From positions 26,040,001 through 26,104,000 of the forward strand of contig NC_043004.1 of the NCBI RefSeq assembly GCF_006345805.1: a DNA stretch of 64,000 nucleotides. The letters run 5' to 3'. The notes below the pieces were generated by a model, which was not told the origin of the DNA, did not search any database, and saw nothing but the letters and a program-made list of their open reading frames with translations. Source of the stretch: Octopus sinensis. Its lineage: Eukaryota. Shown here one piece after another: positions 15,189-28,389 of this stretch (position 1 is the stretch's first letter; each line of letters opens with the position of its first letter). Position numbers and translations under genes: made by a program.

Positions 15189-15681
15189 GCACTTTTTGGA
15201 TTATTGTGGTCCCTGTTAGTATACATGTTTTCATTCATGTACATTAACTACAACATTAGAGCGGTTTAGCTCTTATTTCTAGCAATGTAGGTGTTTCCTA
15301 ATACCCTAGTCATATTTAGTGACATTTATAATTCTCCTTTTAGGTGTTACATTGCAAACTGCTGTCTATATTAATTTTATATATACACATTAGTGAATTG
15401 CTTACCGATCCAATTATTTGGATGATGGAAACATAAATACTAATGGTGAAGTGAGCCTGGAAAGAGCCGAACATTCGAGCTGTCTTGACTGATGAGGCAA
15501 TGGAGATTGCCAGAACTGATGCATCAGTATTAAGAATTCTTCATCAGCACTTTTCAGACAGTTATGGTCTCTGTTAGTATATATGTTTTCATTCATGTGC
15601 ATTAACTACAGCATTAGTGTGGTCTAGCTCTTATTTCTTGCAATGTATGTGTTTCCTAACATCCTAGTCACGTTTAGTGAC

Positions 15682-15688
<7 letters not shown>
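15189..15688 (+). mobile_element. Retrozyme-like element: 358-bp period with 142-bp terminal redundancy
   Basis: 15189-15330 repeated at 15547-15688 (offset 358 at both ends) around a hammerhead fold. Confidence 0.6.
15483..15535 (+). ncRNA. Type I hammerhead ribozyme fold with mutated core (AGAAC instead of GAAAC)
   Basis: TCTTGA-CTGATGA-GGCAAT(GGAG)ATTGCC-AGA-ACTGATGCATCAGT-A-TTAAGA: 6-bp stem I, 6-bp stem II, palindromic stem III, GUA triplet. Confidence 0.7.
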
Positions 15689-15734
<46 letters not shown>

Positions 15735-16476
15735 ATATATATACATATACACATGACAGGTTCCTTTCAGTTTCCATCTACCAACTCCACTCACAAGGCT
15801 TTGGTTGGCCCAAGCTATAGTAGAAGACACTTGCCCAAGTTGCCTCAAAGTGAGACACAAACCTGTGGGAAGCAAGCTTTTTACCACTCAGCCACACCTG
15901 CACCTTATATATCTTTTTTATAACTCTTATGATTCTTCTCACTCTACCATAATCAATAATGAATGGTAAATGTATCTCAAAGATCAGATTTATAAAAACT
16001 TCAATAATACGGAAAAAGAGGGTTAGTAGTTTGGCAACTACATAACTCGAACATAACCAGGAGATAATATTTGATCTTTTTGAATCAGTGACAAAGTTTA
16101 TGAAAAAGTGAGAGTTTTAAGATTCTGTAATTAAAACTTTTATAAACTTACATTTAAACAACATAATTCACAAGATATTTTTACCTCCAACAATGAGTCA
16201 GTATTTTTAATCCAATTTGTGTGTTTTTACTTGTTTTTCTGTGTAAACAAACTATCATGATGACAAAAGAGGTTAGTTATGGTAAGTAAACTTTAAAAGA
16301 TATTTCAGATTTAAAGATGTGTGTGAAGTGTTTTAATGTTGTGTAGCTTTTAGTGGAGGAATAGATAATATTTTATTTTTACAGTTTGAAATGAATTTAG
16401 CAGTTTTAAGTTTGGTGCTTTTTGCTTTTTCTACAAAACAATTGTTTTTGAAAAGCAAATTTGACATTCGTGTGTG

Positions 16477-16511
<35 letters not shown>

Positions 16512-18130
16512 ATGTATGAGAGTGAGTATGTGAGTGTGTGTGTGTGTGTGAGTATGTGTAAGCTTATGTATCTGTATGCCTGTGGGTGTGTGAATGTGTG
16601 CATTCATATATGTCAGTATATATGTGTATGTATGTGAATAGCTGGGTTTGTCTAAGGCACAATATAGTCTGCTACTGGTCCTGATTACTGATGAAAATAT
16701 TGTAAGATGACCAATAACTGCCACAATTTTAACTCCACCCAACATCTATAAGATTTTCAAAAGAAAGCAGAACCAATATTCTCAATATCTCCATTATATC
16801 TTTTAATGTATTAGTCACCAATTAATGATTAACCAAAAGTTATTTCAAGAGATGGAAATTATCAACAAGACATTCTTATAATCATATCATTTTAAAAATG
16901 CTTAAAAATTTCAATTTTACTATGTTATTAAACTTAATGAGACATTCTCATAAATTAATTAACTTACCTAGAATAGCCATAGTGATAAGATATTAATTAA
17001 AGAATGAAAGCTGAAAGATTCTAATTAGAGGTGCATGAAGCAACATTGATAGAAATATAGATATGCAAAATTATTGTTTATACATACCCATACACTCAGA
17101 TATGAAAACCTTGCAAATTGTCATGGGAAAAAAATTACAGACCAACCACTGCACTATGAATGATGTCATCTGCCCATAGGCACTTCATCAGTTACAGACA
17201 CTGAACTCATCATTCATAGCCACTAACAACATGGCCCCATGATGACTTTTCACACATATTGCCTAAAAGGAGAATTATTCTCCAGTGATAGTTTGTGCAG
17301 CAAAGGTCTTTGCATGTCTGAGTGTTCACAAATGTGTTAAATATGATTGTACACATCTATATTTCAATTAATATTGCTTCATGCAGCACTAGACAATTAA
17401 TTCCAGCTTGACTAAGCTTTGCACACACCAGCAAATGTACTCTTTGTTGTTTAAATATAAGAACAGCAGTTATCAGTGAGCTATGAACAATGGAGTCAGT
17501 AGTATGATTCAATCACTTTTTAACGTTATCTCAACGGATTCTCTATAGAAATTAGAGTCAACACTAATTTGTTATAATGTTTCATATATGAACACATCTA
17601 ATATAAAACATTGCATAACAAATCAGAGTTGGTTCTAATTCTTATAGAAAACCTGTAGAAAATGGATTCACTGTCCATAGTTGATGAAGCATAACAATAC
17701 AGAAACATATGCACCATAAAGTGTGATGATGCTATTCATAACCCAATGTTGTGTTTTCACACATATTGCCTTTGAGAAGTTTCTCCTGAAACTATTCTGC
17801 AGTGAAAGATCTTTCCATGCCTAAATGAACATGAATATGTTAATTATAATAGTACATGTCTATATCAAATATATAACTCTGTGGTGTGTTTGGTATCCTG
17901 TTAATTAGCATACCATGCTATCTTAATTAATGTAATCATGTCATAGCTATACATTTGTAATATTAAAAGTTTTCTCTTATTTTTCTCAATACAAGTGGTG
18001 CCCTATGAATTGTAATGCATAGTTGCTTGGGATGCAAGAAATAACAGCCAAATCTTCCCAGATCACACAATATTACCACAAAAAAGAAAAGAAAAGACAT
18101 ATTGTATAGGGTTATATAGTTTATATTATA

Positions 18131-19250
18131 CAACTAGCAAACATACCCATCCTTTGGACGGTTTAAGTTGCTTTAATGGTATTTTATGAGTAGCACAGCA
18201 ATCTAAGTTTCTGATTAACCTAGGAAAGGAAAACCAAATTGAAGGCTAGTTATTGTATACATCGTTGCACTTCACTGATCAGAGAACGTATAAGTTTGCA
18301 AGCAATGCAAAGTAGAGCTTCTGAAATGTTTTGGGAGTAGATTACGGACAATGACTACAAAATATAGTTGTTTTACATGAAAGCGAAATTTCTTGTCAGA
18401 AACAGACTTGTAAGAAAATTGAAGGAAGATGTTGAAACTTCCCCTCTGCGTGTTTATTTTATTCAACAGCAAAGGGAGCTGTTTTTTTTGGAGAGAAGTA
18501 TGATTGGTACATTAAAAAATGGCAATGTAATACCTACTTGAAAAAGTAGAGTTAAAGGAATGTATTTGCTATCTGCTTACAGTGTACAACCACTCTGAAA
18601 TTGGCTTCAGGTAACGGAAAATGAAGTGTTTGAGTTCAGTTCAAGAATACTGCTTTGAATCTTTAGCAGTTTGCAGTGAAAAGATGTTGCATTGTAAGGA
18701 AGACAAATAATAAATTTTAAAAATGTGAAAACAACTAAAAAATATTCTGTAATGCAAATATATGACCATATAGATTAAAAAGTATGGAAAACAGTCAAAA
18801 TATATAAACAGACAAAATCCTTTCACTTTTATAATATTCTCTAACCAAAACACTTAATCACAAAATACATACCAATACACTTATAAAAAAATATAGAGAG
18901 TAATAATACACAATTACAACAAATAAATAAATAATAAATAAAAAGATGTGAAAACCACTAAAGAATATTCTCAAATGCCAATATATGACCATCTAGATTT
19001 AAAAAGTATGGAAGACCCTACATTAAAAAAACTATGTACATTCAATGAATTAGAGAAAAACCTGTGTAAACCACAGTTTTTCCTGGTTTGTCCATTTACA
19101 CAGGAGCTCTGGGCAAAACGTTATAGTACATGATCATTCTTGGGACATAAGTAATGTGTGTGTAAAGTTTGGTGAAAATCGGTTGAGAATTGTGGAAATG
19201 TATGAGTTAGTCATTATACACACACATACTGTGATTTATATATACTAGAT
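18131..19250 (+). mobile_element. Possible non-autonomous Helitron/Helentron-like element
   Basis: Starts ACTAGCAAACATACCCATCCTTTGGACGG and ends AAAGTTTGGTGAAAATCGG...ATATATACTAGAT, termini resembling HINE-type elements; no coding support. Confidence 0.4.
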
Positions 19251-19504
19251 GTGTGTGTATTGTATCCAGTGCTGGGTTAACAATAAGCAACATAAGCATA
19301 TGCTTAGGATATAAAGGGAAGAGGAGCACTGCAGAAATGGTAAATGGTTTATGGCATAAATGAAATCATTTTAAACTTGCTAAACTAATATTTGGGATGC
19401 CTCATCTCTACTAAGTATAGAAGAAGATGTGTTAAATAAAATTGATTTTGTGGATCTGATCAAAGACTTTATAATTAAAAAAGATAAGAGAGACTTTTCA
19501 AATA

Positions 19505-19666
19505 TGCACAGATGTGGCTGTGTGGTAAGAAGCTTGCTTTACAGCCACATGGTTCTGGGTTCAGTCCCACTGTGTGGCACCTTGGGCAAGTGTCTTCTAC
19601 TATAACCTTGGCCAGCCAAAGCCTTGTGAGTGGATTTGGTAGACGGAAACAGAAAGAAGCCCATCG

Positions 19667-19699
<33 letters not shown>

Positions 19700-19990
19700 A
19701 ACCCATGCTAGCATGGAAAGCAGACGTTAAATGATAATGATGATGATTTATGTGTATGTGTATTTGTGTGTGTGTGTATGTTCGTGATTCTGTGTTTGTC
19801 TCACCCTCCATCACTTCACAACCAATATTGGTGTGTTTACATCCCTATAACTTAGCGATTTGGCAAAAGAGACCGATAGAATAAGTACTAGGCTTACAAA
19901 GAATAAGTCCTGGGGTCAGTTTGTTTGATAAAAGCCTGTGATCCAGCATGGCCACAGTCAAATGACTGAAACAAGTAAAAGAGTAAATGT
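19505..19990 (+). mobile_element. SINE, same family, with internal insertion
   Basis: Similarity to 5875-6273. Confidence 0.85.
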
Positions 19991-20740
19991 AAATTAAGCA
20001 GAAGCATACAAAAATAAATATAATTCTCCATCTTACTGTTAGTTTTATTTCATTTTGAAATCTTTTAAGTGCTTAGGGTCTTGATAGTTTTGAAATATAT
20101 ATATACATATATAACGGGAAGGTTTACGAAAATAAACAAAAGACGAAGGCAGGTTTAGGAAAATAAAGAAAAGTCGAAGGCAGGTGGAGTACAAACAAAC
20201 AAATGTATTAGTATGGTGCTCAGGAATAGAAATAGAACAAGTCATTTACGTTTCAAGCCTACGCTCTTTGACAGAAAGATACACAGAAAAGAAACAAGGA
20301 GAGAAAAAAAGTTCAAGGTTAAAAGTGTAGACGTCGTGGTGTATTTCAAGGATTTCACATCAATAACAAAGTCACTTTGATATATATATATAAAATAAAG
20401 AGGTAATCATGGCTGGAAGTTTTTAATCATAAGGTTTAATCAATTAGTCAGGCATGGTACTAAGTATCTACAATGAGTTGAGCCTTACATTGAAAAAGCT
20501 CTATCTTAAATATTAATGACAAATTGTGGTGGCACTTGAGTAGCATAGAAAGAGTCTAACAGAAAGGAATTGCCATGCACTAAAACCCTTCTGAATAGTT
20601 TAGTGATACTGGACATTTTGCCATTCTCTCTGTATTGTTGCTGTTGCTGTTGTTACATGTGTGTCTCTCTGTATGTGTATATGTATGCATATGAGTGTGT
20701 GTGTGTGTGTGTACACACATACTGGCTCACACTCATACAA

Positions 20741-20771
<31 letters not shown>

Positions 20772-21406
20772 AGTCATATATTTTTTATGAACATAACAAT
20801 TTAAATTCACTATGAAAAGCAAACAAAACATTTCTAGTTTGTTAGGGCCTCATCAGGGAAACAATACTCAACGTCTGTCCACAGAGAGATTACTAACCTA
20901 TAGCTATTATATAAACTTGAACAGAACTTGTTTAGTTTAATTTACATAACAGTACATGCACTTATGAGATGAATGAATTAATTTGGCTCTCGCATGATGC
21001 AATTGCTCTGAATATAGATTTTTAAAAAATTATTTGCAGTGTAAGGTACGCACAGTGATATCTGTAATGTACTAATCTTAATGTGAAAAGGAGTTAGGGT
21101 TTCTGTTTTTGATGAAGATGAATCAAAGCTAGAAACTAGTCACATTATCTCCTTTTCTGTTCATAGGGAGTTAAAATCTATGGTGTAACCCTGGGCTTAT
21201 GAGGTTGGTCATTTTTGTGTTGACTCAGACTTCAGATTTTGCCAACAAGCTGAAAAGGTCAACTCAAAATAATTGATAAATCTGATTCCACTAAATCTTT
21301 AGAATACCATCATCAGCAAATGTTTTTTATAAATTGATCAACAACTCTAAATAATACATATAGACACACATACTTGACCCTTTGACTAAGATCAAAGTGT
21401 AGTATA

Positions 21407-21486
21407 TGTTTGTTTGTTTGTATGTATGTATGTATGTATGTATGTATGTATGTATGTATGTATGTATGTATGTATGTATGTATGTA

Positions 21487-21521
<35 letters not shown>

Positions 21522-21600
21522 ATGTATGTATGTATGTATGTACGTACGTACGTATGTACGTATGTACGTATGTACGTATGTATGTATGTATATGTGTGTG
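21407..21600. repeat. (TATG)n/(TG)n microsatellite
   Basis: Directly visible. Confidence 0.95.
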
Positions 21601-21672
21601 TGTATAGTGAAGGTGTATAACTCAGTAGAGAAGGAGAGAGAGTGTAAAAGAAAAAAATTGACTTTCACCTAC

Positions 21673-21848
21673 CAGCAAGAATGTTTTCATAGTTCACTGT
21701 TACATAATTATCTCGGTCTGTACGACTTTGTTCATGCCAAAGACCAACAGAATGCAGCAATTCATGCATAATGGTGCCTTTGTAGAAGCAATCTGGTTCC
21801 AAAGAAAGGGTCTGGCTTCCACCATTCTTCCCAACAGAAGAAAAACAG
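21673..21848 (-). CDS. Astacin-MAM, exon 9 (zinc-binding site)
   Basis: GCFSSVGKNGGSQTLSLEPDCFYKGTIMHELLHSVGLWHEQSRTDRDNYVTVNYENILA; HExxHxxGxxHEQxRxDRD signature; acceptor TTCCAG|, donor |GTAGGT. Confidence 0.97.
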
Positions 21849-22084
21849 CTGGAAGTAAAGAAATGGGAGTATGTATGTATATATGCCATTATTCAGTTTA
21901 TTTCAAGATTTCTTGCCAATAGAGAAAGAACTAGTTTCTAACCAAGATCCAGAGCTCCTTCATTGGACTTCCAACATCAACAACAGGGTATTTTTGTTTG
22001 TATGTATGTATGTTTGTATGTATGTATGTATGTATGTATGTATGTATGTATGTATGTATGTATGTATGAATGTGTAAATTCCTT

Positions 22085-22930
22085 CTCTTCACTCCAGATT
22101 TCCCTCCAGAAGGAGTTTATGTCTTCTCGGGAAGGAGCTTCCATGATGTTTACTGCTCCTCCTCTCATGTCTCAGTATACTGCTGTCTGGTTGTGGTTAA
22201 ATTCTTTGTTTATTGTTCTTCTCTCAGTTATTCTCTTCTGATGTCGGAGTTTTTCACTGGTAGCTTTTAGCTCCTGCTTGCGGGTAATCAGTTTGCTATC
22301 TCCAAACATCACTTCTATCTCCTTTATTCTCTGTTGGTGGGACGTATAGGGATTTGTTTGTTTGCATGCAATAAGCATCATTACATGACTGATAGTCTTC
22401 CATAAACCAGTTATCTTCTTCTCTGTCTTCAAAACTAACGATGGTACTTTCTTTGTTATTTCAGTTTTGTTTACTTTTTGAATATCATTCATGTACTGTT
22501 TTATGGTAGTAGCTAGAGCATATAGATATGCGTTAATCTGCCAGTATGTGGGTTCATCACACTGCTGTAAATACTCATCATCAATTTCATTAACAGCTTT
22601 TAATACAGTATCTGGTGGTTTTTTACTTACTTTGGTAGAACATACCCATAGTACCCCAAGATAAAATTTCCTCTGTATTAACAACCTAGGTTTTATTAGT
22701 ATCTTGCCCATTTAACTGGTAATTAACATCATGATTTAGAGTCTTCCCTTATCCAACCTTCTTTTATTGGCAGTTACTCTAGATCCAATTTACTACACCT
22801 AATGTCTTCTTCCCTCCCTGACGAAAAGAGATACATATGACAATATTTATGACCATACCTAGCCATGAGCCATCAACTCATTCTTGTCCTTCATTCTAAA
22901 CAGACATAGTCTCCTAGTCTTAGATTTAGT
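22085..22930 (-). mobile_element. R4/Dong-like LINE fragment upstream of RT
   Basis: [34 protein letters not shown]. Confidence 0.7.
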
Positions 22931-23344
22931 AGTTAATAAAAAGACAAATAAGTTCGAAATGAACTTCAATCCTTTACAAGCTACGACCCCAGTGGACTTC
23001 ATACCATTCTTGGAAGTGTAGTCTTTCTAAGTTACAATAGTGACAACATGAATTTCTTCCAACTTCTTGGTCTGTTAAAGTATTTGAGAAAAATTATATT
23101 AATGTGTCCAACTGGTTAAAATTCTATTTATTTGTGCAGCTGATGATAGCACTGCATTAAATTGATGTAATGATTGTATTGTTCAATTAAATGGAGCCAC
23201 TTGAAACGGTCGTATTGCATCACTTCTTGATATCCTGTTGCTTATTTTGATTTTAATAACCTTACTTCGAGCTGTGCGGATAATACCAGACTAACTTGTT
23301 GCTTCAACTTAAATACCTAATTCAACTGAATCTCAATTATTTCT

Positions 23345-23413
<69 letters not shown>

Positions 23414-23419
23414 GTTGGC

Positions 23420-24170
23420 TCTTCTCCTGCAACTCAACTTGATTTCGAGCCGGGTCGTCTGCTGCTGGAGAGGACCGACTAGGTAAAGGACCTAGGTATC
23501 TTGGTGGATTCTTCCTTTCCGCCTTCGGCCCAGTGCGTCCATGCTGCCAACAAAGCATGCGGAGTTATGTTTTTGATTCGACGGTCATTCGGAATGCTCA
23601 CAGCAGCCATATTCCTACCGCTCTATGTCACGCAGGTGAGACCCATATTGGAGTATGGGATTCAAGCCTCTTCTCCTTATCTCCTCAAATACATACATCA
23701 TCTCGAAAGAGTCCAGAAGCTGGCTACTCGCATGGTTCTTGGTCTCAAGCATTTGTCTTATGAAGAAAGTCTGAAGACGCTCCACCTTTATTCTCTAGAA
23801 AAACGACGACGCCGTGGTGATCTCATTCTTGCTCACAACATCATAAGCGGAAAGTGTAACCTCTCGAAAGAGCTGTTCTTCACTCCTGCTCCAGAGCGTC
23901 GGCTGCGGGGTCACTCCGAAAAGCTCTATCTGCGACGATTTCATCTCAATCGAAGGAGAGGAGCTTTCTCCATCCGGGTTGCGGATCCGTGGAATAAGCT
24001 GCCGGACGAGATAGTGAAGATGCCGACGATCGCTCGGTTCAAATTCTCTCTTGACCAGAAATGGCCTGAACTCTTTGCATGAACACCACCCTGTACATAA
24101 CTCCATGTCCCCCTATATGGCCTTACTTCTTGCTTTTTGAGCCAAAAAATTAACTTAACTTAACTTAGCT
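23420..24170 (+). mobile_element. CR1-clade LINE, 5'-truncated (RT C-terminus, 3'UTR, (AACTT)n tail)
   Basis: ORF 23501-24082 LYVTQVRPILEYG..LERVQKLATR..RRRRGDLI..RGHSEKL..WNKLP. Confidence 0.92.
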
Positions 24171-24173
24171 TAA

Positions 24174-24217
<44 letters not shown>

Positions 24218-24220
24218 TTA

Positions 24221-24321
<101 letters not shown>

Positions 24322-24327
24322 TATATG

Positions 24328-24377
<50 letters not shown>

Positions 24378-24614
24378 CAACAATAATATTAGGGAGTATA
24401 ACTCCAAACTTACAGGGAAATATTCAATTTAGTATTAAATCAAATTTCCCAATATAAATATATAATATGTATAAATTAGAGAAAAACCACCATTATGCAA
24501 TTCAAAAAATGATAGACAAACCAAATCATAAAGAAAAAATAAAATATATTATAAAACATGTAACTAGATCGCAAAAAGTACAAAAATGAATAAACAATAT
24601 ATAATAAGTAAAAA

Positions 24615-24716
24615 GACTACGATCGTTTCATGGCTATAATTTAAATTCGAATTACAATTAAATTTAAATTTAATCGAAAAACAATTCAATTTAAAAGTAT
24701 AGTCAATCCTCAGGTC
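24615..24716 (-). ncRNA. Minimal type I hammerhead ribozyme in the Penelope-like element
   Basis: GAC-CTGAGGA-TTGACTATA...TATAGCCAT-GAAACGATCGTA-GTC: intact core, 3-bp stem I, palindromic ACGATCGT stem III, long stem II. Confidence 0.7.
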
Positions 24717-25311
24717 AACAATAATAGCAATAATAGCTAAATAAATAATGAAATAGAATTAAACAATATTTCTTAAAGAAATAATATCATGATTTTTCTT
24801 ATAGAAGAAACCCCATTAACTAAATTTGAAACTTAAAGAGTAGGACCAGGTGCCTATAATACATTTATCATGTATTTTACCTAAGGTAAAAATAGAGTAA
24901 ATACATAGCAAAAGGTCTTTATCTGTGAAGATATAATTTAGCTTTAAGAATAACATTAACAAACTATAGAGTATCTTTTCACTAGCTATACTCCAATATT
25001 TTTCGTTACAAACTATTTTACAAAATAATCACACTTAATACTTTTAGATTTTAGTTCACATATAATAATTATAAAATAATAAAATTATAAAATTAAATAA
25101 AAGTACGTATATAAATTATAATGAACAAATATAGCAATTAGAAATCCATATTTGTCAATCAATAAACATATAAATTAATAAATAAATTCCTCCATTATTT
25201 CTTAAATAAATATTATACTTAATCCGAAAATATTTATGTAATAAAAAATAAAAAATTCCAAAACTAAAATCGTATTACTTATCGTTTATAAAATTATTTG
25301 CGAAAAAGTAC

Positions 25312-25354
<43 letters not shown>

Positions 25355-26149
25355 ATTCAATAGTACTAAATATAATAAAAAAACTTTACCTATACTAAAA
25401 ATTTTACAATCTAATTCACAAAGTAACCAAACTAATATTTTTCAATTGAAGTTCACATATAATAATTATAAAATAAGAATAATTAAATAAATGTACGGAT
25501 CTAAGTTATCATTAACAAAAAAAAATTAGACATTCATATTTATCAATCAATAATACTATAGATTACATTATTATTTCTTAAATAAATTGTATACTTATCC
25601 CTCCAAAGATATATTCTGAACTAAAAAATTTCAAAATGGAAAACGTATTACTTAGCGTTTATAAATTTACTCCTGAAGACGTAGCTTAAATAAATAGAAC
25701 AAACAGATAGAAATATGCATTTTATCAGTGAAAACTACAAATTTATCTTAGCTTTAACAAAAAGAGAATAAAATCACAAAAACTGTAAAATATCATTCAC
25801 TAGAAACTTCAAAATTCAAAAATTACTACGAAAACACGTAAAACACAAATATACTCAAATTCACAACATACTTAAACTTATTTATATAACTACAATTTAC
25901 TCTATATTCTCTATTACCCTTATACTAATTTACTTGTTTCATCATATAAATATTGTTACGCTGGAACCCCGCCTTTATTCGAACAAATCAACCCCTGGAG
26001 CCATTCTATATAAACACAGTACTTATTCAATCGGTCTCAATTTTCTAACCACTAATTTGATATATCTAAGTTAATCTAAAAACTATAATCTAATTAATAT
26101 TCACTAATAAATCGTATTTAATAAATTATATTATATTTATATATACTCT

Positions 26150-26530
26150 TTTTTTTACTTGTTTCAGTCATTTGACTGTGGCCATGCTGGGGCACCGCCT
26201 TTAGTCGAGCAAATCTACCCCAGGACTTATTCTTTGTAAGCCTAGTACTTATTCTATCGGTCTCTTTTGCCGAACCGCTAAGTTATAGGGATGTAAACAC
26301 ACCAATATTGGTTGTGAAGTGATGGTAGGTAGGACAAACACAGACACACAAACATATATACACACATACATACATATATATATACACATATACGACGGGC
26401 TTCTTTCAGTTTCCGTCTACCAAATTCACTCACAAGGCTTTGGTCGGCCCGAGGCTATAGTAGCAGACACTTGCCCAAGGTGCCACGCAGTGGGACTGAA
26501 CCCGGAACCATGTGTTTCGTAAGCAAGCTA
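26150..26530 (-). mobile_element. SINE, same family, inside the Penelope block
   Basis: Near-consensus copy, 5'-truncated. Confidence 0.88.
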
Positions 26531-27735
26531 ATTAAATAAACATCTAAAATAAACATCTAAAATAAATCTAATTCTAAATATTTAATACAAACTCATGTTG
26601 ACTAATATACAAAACACCACTACAAAACATAAACTACAATATCACTTATACCAAATATATATTATATATCAAATAAATGCTCAAATAAATCCTCACTAAT
26701 AAATTAAACTTATTATATATGTAAATTAATTTATATTTAGATCATTAAGGGAATAAAGTACTTATTATTATTATTAAATAAAATAGTACATAAAAAAGTT
26801 TTTACTACATATTCAAAAGTATTTTACGTTACTAACTATTTCCCAAAATAATAATACTTAATACTTTTGATTTTAGTACACATTTAATAATAATAATAAT
26901 AACAGTAATAATAATTAAATTACTATCTTTTAATCTATATTCATGAATTAAATTATATATTTATTAATTAAATAAACATCAAAGTATAATCTAACTCTAA
27001 GTATGTAAAAAAACCTATACTAACTCTTTTTGATTTATATTCAAAACACCCCTACAAAACTACAACCACAACACTATAATAATTAATTAATTAATTATTT
27101 ATTTAATAATAAATATTTAATTTAGACTCATTTAATTATGTAATATACAATATATAATCACATGCTAATTTATAGAATTAATACTAGAACAAATTATAAG
27201 TACAAATTAGTAACAAATATAGGGTTTAAATATACTCGCTATTTATCTAAAAGTTTTTATATAAGTAAAGTAATTTATGTCTACATTTAATTTTACGCTC
27301 GTTCAATGAATTAACTAATTTATTATGATTATTAGATATTATTTATTTATTCTCATCAATTAAAGTAACTATACATTTATAAACTACATCGTGTAAATTA
27401 CATTTTTTATTAAATTTACATTTATTTTTATCTCTACATGTACAATCAATTAGAACGTTATCTTTATTATATTATTGGAATCATTATAAAATTTCTTTTT
27501 GTAAAAATTATTCAACTTAAATTTATTAAAAGAAGAAATAATGTTACCTACATTATTAGTGGTAGAATAACCAACTCCAAAATTATTACTAGAGAAAATT
27601 TTTTTATATTTTCGATTATCCCGAATGAATCGTTCAATTATATCTAAAATCTCTTTAATAATATTAATTTTAAGTTGAGCCCCATAAAGAACAATCAACC
27701 AAATTTTATTCCTATTATTGTTATTATTATTATTA

Positions 27736-27781
<46 letters not shown>

Positions 27782-27819
27782 TATTATTATTATTATTATA
27801 TTATTATTATATTATTATT

Positions 27820-28348
27820 ATTATTATATTTCTTTTTAATATTATTAAAATTATTATTATCATTCATTGAATTAAAATTAGTCTTATTTTTATTTTTGTT
27901 TTTGTTTTTTCTTCTATTATTATTCTTATTATTTGTATTATCGTAATGTCTATTCCTAAGAGCATAATTATCTAAATAAATCTTATGATAATTTAAAATT
28001 TTATTATTATAAAAATCATTAAAATTATAATCCTTTATATTATAATTATTAACATTATTATTATCATTATCATTACTATTATTATTATTATTATTATTAT
28101 ATTTCTTTTTAATATTATTAAAATTATTATTATCATTCATTGAATTAAAATTAGTCTTATTTTTATTTTTGTTTTTGTTTTTTCTTCTATTATTATTCTT
28201 ATTATTTGTATTATCGTAATGTCTATTCCTAAGAGCATAATTATCTAAATAAATCTTATGATAATTTAAAATTTTATTATTATAAAAATCATTAAAATTA
28301 TAATCCTTATATTATAATTATTAACATTATTATTATCATTATCATTAC

Positions 28349-28389
<41 letters not shown>

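Noticed and set aside
21327-21668. YI/MYVC-type low-complexity ORFs (also about 45090, 42580, 35314)
   Set aside because: Translations of microsatellites
24400-27450. Nuclear mitochondrial insertion, suggested by strong G depletion
   Set aside because: No mitochondrial gene or rRNA motif recognised; contains PLE peptides, a hammerhead and internal repeats instead
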